Shown here: positions 8,017-11,454 of the stretch, in pieces
Layout: each line of letters begins with the position of its first letter
Numbering within the stretch: the stretch's first letter is position 1
Source: a virus
Lineage: Duplodnaviria; Heunggongvirae; Uroviricota; Caudoviricetes
Length of the DNA stretch: 11,454 nucleotides
IMG/VR virus record: IMGVR_UViG_3300031740_000001
Strand: one strand, 5' to 3'
Position numbers and translations under genes: made by a program
Notes under the pieces: model-generated
What the model was told of the DNA's origin: nothing
Seen by the model: the letters and a program-made list of their open reading frames with translations, nothing else
Database searches by the model: none

Positions 8017-8501
8017 ACTGTCTTCATTGCCTAAAAGAAATCCAAATAGTGCGAAGTAGAGACAGAAAAAAACGTTTCTGCACTCGATGGTGTTGGACGC
8101 AATACCGGGGTGATCAGATCGAGACTAAAACAACACGTTTTTCGGGTGATACGTATAACGTATACGCGTTATCCCTTGATGGAGCTACTTACCGATATGT
8201 AGGCGCAACAAATTACATAAACATTGATCAAAGACGTGTTCAATGGTTCGCGCAAAGATTCAGGTTCACGACACCTGTTTCTCGATGGGTAACAGAGTTC
8301 TGCGCTCAAAACTCTGATTTGAAGATTGAGTTTCTTGGTTCGGATAATGACAAAGATCGTTTGCTCGAACGCCGATGGATTGAACAACTTCAAGCATTAG
8401 GATTTGATCTCTTAAACCGGCAAACAGGTGGCGATCGTGGTTTCACCCAACCATCTTGGAGCAAAGGTCTGAAGACTGGACCTCGAAAGGGAAATAGATG
8501 A
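8013..8501 (+). CDS. Free-standing GIY-YIG homing endonuclease with N-terminal Cys4 zinc-finger-like motif
   Basis: NVY-x10-YVG bipartite motif, then R (QRR), catalytic E (LLERRWI) and N (LLN..TGG). The N-terminus reads CLHC...RFCTRWC. GTG 8013 forms a GTGA overlap with the GT2 stop (the ORF track starts at 7962). GC is about 40-45% in counted 60-nt lines versus about 58% in the next gene. Confidence 0.8.
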   Translation: MNCLHCLKEIQIVRSRDRKKRFCTRWCWTQYRGDQIETKTTRFSGDTYNVYALSLDGATYRYVGATNYINIDQRRVQWFAQRFRFTTPVSRWVTEFCAQNSDLKIEFLGSDNDKDRLLERRWIEQLQALGFDLLNRQTGGDRGFTQPSWSKGLKTGPRKGNR

Positions 8502-9580
8502 AGGTATATGTATTTCCTGCCGATATGACTGGTTGTGGGATGTATCGCTTAATATGGCCATCCGAAGAGCTGATCCGGCGCGGCCATGATGTTGTCGTGG
8601 TGCCGCCTCAACAGCGTGACAACATGATGCAGGCGACCTTGCGCAACGGCGTCGTGACTAGCGTGAAGATCCCCACTGACGCGGATGTCATCGTTCTTCA
8701 GCGCGTCACTCACCGGTACCTGGCGCAGGCCATCAAGGTGATTCGGCAGTCTGGCGTAGCCGTTGTCGTGGACATGGACGACGATCTGACTTGCATCCAT
8801 CCGTCAAATCCAGCGTTCAACGCGCTGCACCCGGTCAACGGCAACGTTGATCACAACTGGCAGAACACCTTGGCAGCCTGCGATAACGCGACTATGGTCA
8901 CGGTCTCCACGCCTGCGCTGGTCGGTCGTTACGGCAAGAAGACTCCAGCGCACGTTTTGTACAACATGGTTCCCGAACGCATGTTGGACGTTCCGCACGA
9001 AGACTCAGACGTTGTCGGATGGGGTGGAGCGGTCTTCAGCCACCCGACGGACCTCCAAGAGCTAGGACCGTCCATTGCCGGGGTTCTACGGGACGGTGGG
9101 GCGTTTAAAATCGCTGGCCCTATAGATGGGGTGCATCGGGCGCTCGGACTACCTAGCGACGCTCCTGTGGCGACTACGGGCATAATTGCGGATATCCGGG
9201 CGTGGCCATTAGCGATCAACTCGATTGGTATCGGCGTGGCACCACTGGCGGATTCTCGTTTCAATAATGCCAAGAGCTGGCTGAAGCTGGCCGAATACGC
9301 GGCTGTAGGCGTGCCTTGTGTCGGCTCACCGCGTGAAGAGTACCGGCGTCTGCATCGTCTAGGCGTTGGCCTTATGGCTAAGAATCCGACCGAATGGGCC
9401 AAGCAGTTGCGCAGGTTGCGCGGCTCGGAGAGCTTGCGCGAAGAGCTGTCGTACAAGGGCCGTGCCGTCATGGAAACGTTGACGATCGAAGACAATGCTG
9501 AGCTGTGGGTCGAGGCCTGGACCGAAGCGCTGATCCGTGATCGCGCTGGCCGTAACCCGCTGGTCCGTAGCGGAATCTAG
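8498..9580 (+). CDS. GT-B fold glycosyltransferase (GT4-like)
   Basis: D..GCGMYR..WP, GHDV, DVIVLQR, VVVDMDDDL, VTVSTPAL, VGWGG, IGVAPL.D..FN.AKS.LK..EYAA.G.P.V.S (GT4 ExF/Y-like signature). ATGA overlap. Confidence 0.88.
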   Translation: MKVYVFPADMTGCGMYRLIWPSEELIRRGHDVVVVPPQQRDNMMQATLRNGVVTSVKIPTDADVIVLQRVTHRYLAQAIKVIRQSGVAVVVDMDDDLTCIHPSNPAFNALHPVNGNVDHNWQNTLAACDNATMVTVSTPALVGRYGKKTPAHVLYNMVPERMLDVPHEDSDVVGWGGAVFSHPTDLQELGPSIAGVLRDGGAFKIAGPIDGVHRALGLPSDAPVATTGIIADIRAWPLAINSIGIGVAPLADSRFNNAKSWLKLAEYAAVGVPCVGSPREEYRRLHRLGVGLMAKNPTEWAKQLRRLRGSESLREELSYKGRAVMETLTIEDNAELWVEAWTEALIRDRAGRNPLVRSGI

Positions 9581-9894
9581 CCCCACGACATACCGCAGGA
9601 CAAACAAATCTGCACGTCATTGCCCTGGAAAAGGCTTTGAGCACCACACGCAGGACATGAGGCGCGTTGTCCGCCACGGCGGGCAGCGCGTCTGTCTGCT
9701 TCGCTGGTACCGCCCCATACGCCTGCCTCTTCGTTCTTGATGGCCCATTCTCGGCACGTGTTGATCACTGGACACTGATAGCAGTAGGCCTTGGCGGTCT
9801 CCTCATTGCCCTCTTCGTAAAAGATATCGGGGTTGGCCTGCATGATGGAGCAGTAGCCTCGGAGCATCCATTTAAGTTGCTGTAGATCAATCAT
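9577..9894 (-). CDS. whiB: WhiB-family Fe-S transcription factor with C-terminal zinc ribbon
   Basis: W...G.C...PDIF...AK..C..CPV...C.EWA....GVWGGTSE..RR (four Cys plus the GVWGG turn), followed by CPACG-x11-CLSCG. GAGG RBS upstream. Confidence 0.92.
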   Translation of the reverse strand: MIDLQQLKWMLRGYCSIMQANPDIFYEEGNEETAKAYCYQCPVINTCREWAIKNEEAGVWGGTSEADRRAARRGGQRASCPACGAQSLFQGNDVQICLSCGMSWG

Positions 9895-9912
9895 CTCATC
9901 CTCATTTTCTGC

Positions 9913-9941
9913 ATTCTAAAGCAATTAGGGCACCTGACCAA
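9913..9941 (-). promoter_or_regulatory. Putative sigma-A/HrdB-type promoter for whiB
   Basis: On the - strand: TTGGTC (9941-9936), 17 nt spacer, TAGAAT (9918-9913), about 19 nt before the ATG at 9894. Confidence 0.6.
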
Positions 9942-9959
9942 AGTCAGATGCCCTAATTG
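9922..9959 (-). terminator. Intrinsic terminator-like hairpin after the DUF932 gene
   Basis: - strand CAATTAGGGCATCTGAC-TTTG-GTCAGGTGCCCTAATTG: 17-bp stem whose only imperfection is a U.G wobble on the - strand (a C.A mismatch on +), followed by CTTTA. Confidence 0.75.
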
Positions 9960-9971
9960 AACAGCTGTTCA
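9958..9971. promoter_or_regulatory. Perfect 14-bp palindrome with a GAAC-N4-GTTC core (possible operator, SOS-box-like)
   Basis: TGAACAGCTGTTCA, overlapping the DUF932 stop codon. It lacks the canonical TCGAAC/GTTCGA flanks. Confidence 0.3.
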
Positions 9972-10910
9972 GCTAGCCCGTGCAAGCACTTGAGCGGCTA
10001 CATCGTTGATCGCCTTGTGGGTGTTGCCCGCAAGTGCGCCGAGGAAGCGGGACTCTGGCGTACCACCTTGGCGGTACCAGTCGAACTGCTCGCTCACCGC
10101 GTTGACCAGTCCCCATCCGGTACCGGCGTAGCCGACCGTGGGGGACGACGTCCAAAGGCTCATGATCTGGTCGAGGCGTTCAGCATACTGACGCTCGACG
10201 CGCTCTGTCTTGCCCTTGGGCTGCGGAATCACAATCTTCAAGATGTCGTGCGCCGTGTCCTTCTCGATCTTCGTCGCTGCCATCTTGTCGACCAGCTCCA
10301 CGAACCGGTCGCTGTACTTGCTCATCCGGGCAACCGTGTTGGTGGCCTCGGCAAGCCGCTCCTTCATGCTCTTCAGGTGCTTGATGCTCCAGCGCTGCTC
10401 CACGCCCTTCATGAAGGACTTGAGCGTGAGCTGGTTCATGCATTTGCCTCGGAGCATCATCACTGACAGCTCCACGGCCCTGGTGCAATCGTGGCTGGTG
10501 CGAAGTACCGCGTACATCTGGTGCGGGTCCTCACCGCCGAGCACGTCTACCGTTTGGCCGGTCTCCACAACCATGAAGCCCTGCCTGCGGTTGTACAGGT
10601 TGCCAGCGGCAACGAAGTGCGGGTTGATGGAGTCCATGAACCCGAACGCCTCGCCGTAGTTCAGGATGTTGTATCGGTCGCCCGATGCAAAACCCATGAA
10701 CTGGAAGTTGTCATCCGCCACCACAGCGCGCCGGTTATCGATGACAACATCTTCACCGTTCGGCTTAGTGAACTTGGTCGGAAGAAGTGAAACCGTGAAG
10801 TTCATTCCCCCCAGCTCAGCAGCCTCAGCAGCAGTTTGTGGGCGGTCCACCAGCTCGCCAAGCTTCATCCACTGGGCGGTGCGGGTGGTGAACATCTGGT
10901 CCTGTGACAT
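9969..10910 (-). CDS. DUF932 family phage/plasmid-like protein (TIGR03299-like)
   Basis: W..LG......TAAEA.ELGGM.F.V, RAVV, Y.IL.Y.EAFGF, LRTSHD, LRG.CMNQL, SIKH, GT.WGL.NAVSE..D. AAGGAG RBS and strongly GC3-biased codons. Confidence 0.85.
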   Translation of the reverse strand: MSQDQMFTTRTAQWMKLGELVDRPQTAAEAAELGGMNFTVSLLPTKFTKPNGEDVVIDNRRAVVADDNFQFMGFASGDRYNILNYGEAFGFMDSINPHFVAAGNLYNRRQGFMVVETGQTVDVLGGEDPHQMYAVLRTSHDCTRAVELSVMMLRGKCMNQLTLKSFMKGVEQRWSIKHLKSMKERLAEATNTVARMSKYSDRFVELVDKMAATKIEKDTAHDILKIVIPQPKGKTERVERQYAERLDQIMSLWTSSPTVGYAGTGWGLVNAVSEQFDWYRQGGTPESRFLGALAGNTHKAINDVAAQVLARAS

Positions 10911-10934
10911 CTCATTCTCCTTCTCGTTGTTTCC

Positions 10935-10969
10935 TTATGATGACAGCCTAGCACACGTCGTCACCATAA
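10935..10969. promoter_or_regulatory. Imperfect inverted repeat over the DUF932 promoter (candidate operator)
   Basis: TTATGATGAC (10935-10944), N15, GTCACCATAA (10960-10969); 9 of 10 positions complementary, flanking the -10 hexamer. Confidence 0.45.
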
Positions 10970-10974
10970 TGCAA
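10945..10974 (-). promoter_or_regulatory. Putative sigma-A/HrdB-type promoter for the DUF932 gene
   Basis: On the - strand: TTGCAT (10974-10969), 18 nt spacer, TAGGCT (10950-10945) with an extended -10 TGn, upstream of the AAGGAG RBS. Confidence 0.65.
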
Positions 10975-11005
10975 ATCCGGCTTCCTGTCGGGGCAGGAAG
11001 CCGGA
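10973..11005 (-). terminator. Intrinsic terminator after the holin-like gene
   Basis: - strand TCCGGCTTCCTG-CCCCGA-CAGGAAGCCGGA: perfect 12-bp GC-rich stem followed by TTTGCATTAT, starting 9 nt after the stop codon at 11015. Confidence 0.8.
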
Positions 11006-11014
11006 AGTCCCTGG

Positions 11015-11296
11015 TCAAAGCTTGCCCGCATTTGACGGTGGGAACAGCCTGCGCGCAATGTAGGCCGTAGCCGACTGTAGCACCGTCTTGACGAGTAGCA
11101 GGCCGAGCGCACGCCAGTAGTTGGCGGTCCATTCGATGCTGGTAAAGGCAGTGGTCAGGACCACGATCACGAAAGCGGAGACGTCCAAGAACAGTCCCCA
11201 CATGAACGAACGAATTGCCCGGATACGTGCATCTTTACCGGTAATTCGCTCGTTTTGCAGCTTGAGAAATTCGTTAGTGGGGGTCACCCATACCAC
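11015..11296 (-). CDS. Holin-like membrane protein (two predicted TM segments)
   Basis: Hydrophobic segments FMWGLFLDVSAFVIVVLTTAFT and ALGLLLVKTVLQSATAYIA, with a basic RIRAIRSF before them and a basic C-terminus. GTG at 11296 has GGAG 9 nt upstream and sits 1 nt after the upstream stop; the ORF track start at 11377 overlaps the upstream gene. Confidence 0.65.
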   Translation of the reverse strand: MVWVTPTNEFLKLQNERITGKDARIRAIRSFMWGLFLDVSAFVIVVLTTAFTSIEWTANYWRALGLLLVKTVLQSATAYIARRLFPPSNAGKL

Positions 11297-11297
11297 G

Positions 11298-11453
11298 CTA
11301 CTTAACTCCAGCGTCCGCGAAAATGCTCCGAACGACGGACTCGATCTTCGGGCCGAGCTTCTCGACGATACGATCAATGTCCGCGTCGCTGATCTCGACG
11401 ACGTCTGGCTTCTCGACGCTGGTCAGAATTTTATGCAGATTTTCCTTTAGCTT
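11298..11453 (-). CDS. 3' end of a gene entering from outside the window; probable endolysin C-terminal tail
   Basis: Not in the ORF track. An open frame reads KLKENLHKILTSVEKPDVVEISDADIDRIVEKLGPKIESVVRSIFADAGVK* (TAG at 11300-11298). The amphipathic 'SDADIDRI' helix resembles actinophage lysin C-termini, and it abuts the holin-like gene. Confidence 0.5.
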   Translation of the reverse strand, partial: KLKENLHKILTSVEKPDVVEISDADIDRIVEKLGPKIESVVRSIFADAGVK

Positions 11454-11454
11454 G

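Larger units (their letters stand above)
1..11454. mobile_element. Segment of a tailed actinobacteriophage/prophage genome (tail module, glycan module, convergent early/lysis genes)
   Basis: Near-complete coding density with 1-4 nt gene overlaps; minor-tail-like genes; WhiB (actinobacterial hallmark); DUF932; holin-like gene; free-standing homing endonuclease; no housekeeping genes. Confidence 0.88.

Noticed and set aside
8151-8164. Tandem ACGTATA-ACGTATA
   Set aside because: Only two copies inside coding sequence (T-Y-N-V-Y); expected by chance in AT-rich DNA.
8929-9495. 188-aa - strand ORF
   Set aside because: Shadow of the GT4 gene produced by GC-rich codon bias.
9892-10915. Both whiB and DUF932 starts are preceded by the same ATGAG (ATGAGATG)
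   Set aside because: Only two short instances; explainable as purine-rich RBS spacer sequence.
9957-11070. + strand ORFs 9957-10466, 10210-10659 and 10666-11070
   Set aside because: Antisense to the DUF932 gene, which has the RBS, promoter and family motifs.
11121-11450. 109-aa + strand ORF
   Set aside because: Antisense to the holin-like gene and the lysin-like tail; no RBS or motif support.
1-11454. CRISPR arrays, tRNA/rRNA genes, integrase/att sites, IS ends, DGR template repeats
   Set aside because: No repeat-spacer periodicity, cloverleaf, transposase, reverse transcriptase or long duplicated segment was visible by eye.

Overview
The window is part of a tailed actinobacteriophage or prophage genome (WhiB gene, actinophage-type minor tail genes, about 55-60% GC by spot counts). 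The + strand (to 9580) is one densely packed, mostly translationally coupled late operon. It has three minor tail genes followed directly by a glycan cluster: GT2 glycosyltransferase, SAM-dependent methyltransferase (Methyltransf_24-like), NAD-dependent sugar epimerase/dehydratase, DUF616/TOD1-MUCI70-like glycosyltransferase, a possible Cys/His microprotein, a second GT2, an inserted AT-rich GIY-YIG homing endonuclease and a GT-B (GT4-like) glycosyltransferase. Converging on it from the - strand are the 3' end of a probable endolysin, a holin-like protein, a DUF932 protein and a WhiB factor with an extra C-terminal zinc ribbon. DUF932 and whiB are each preceded by a terminator hairpin overlapping a sigma-A-like promoter. 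The most interesting system is the tail-coupled glycosylation, sugar-conversion and methylation operon, probably for virion glycosylation with a phage-specified methylated glycan. All product calls come from reading motifs by eye; no database search was run.
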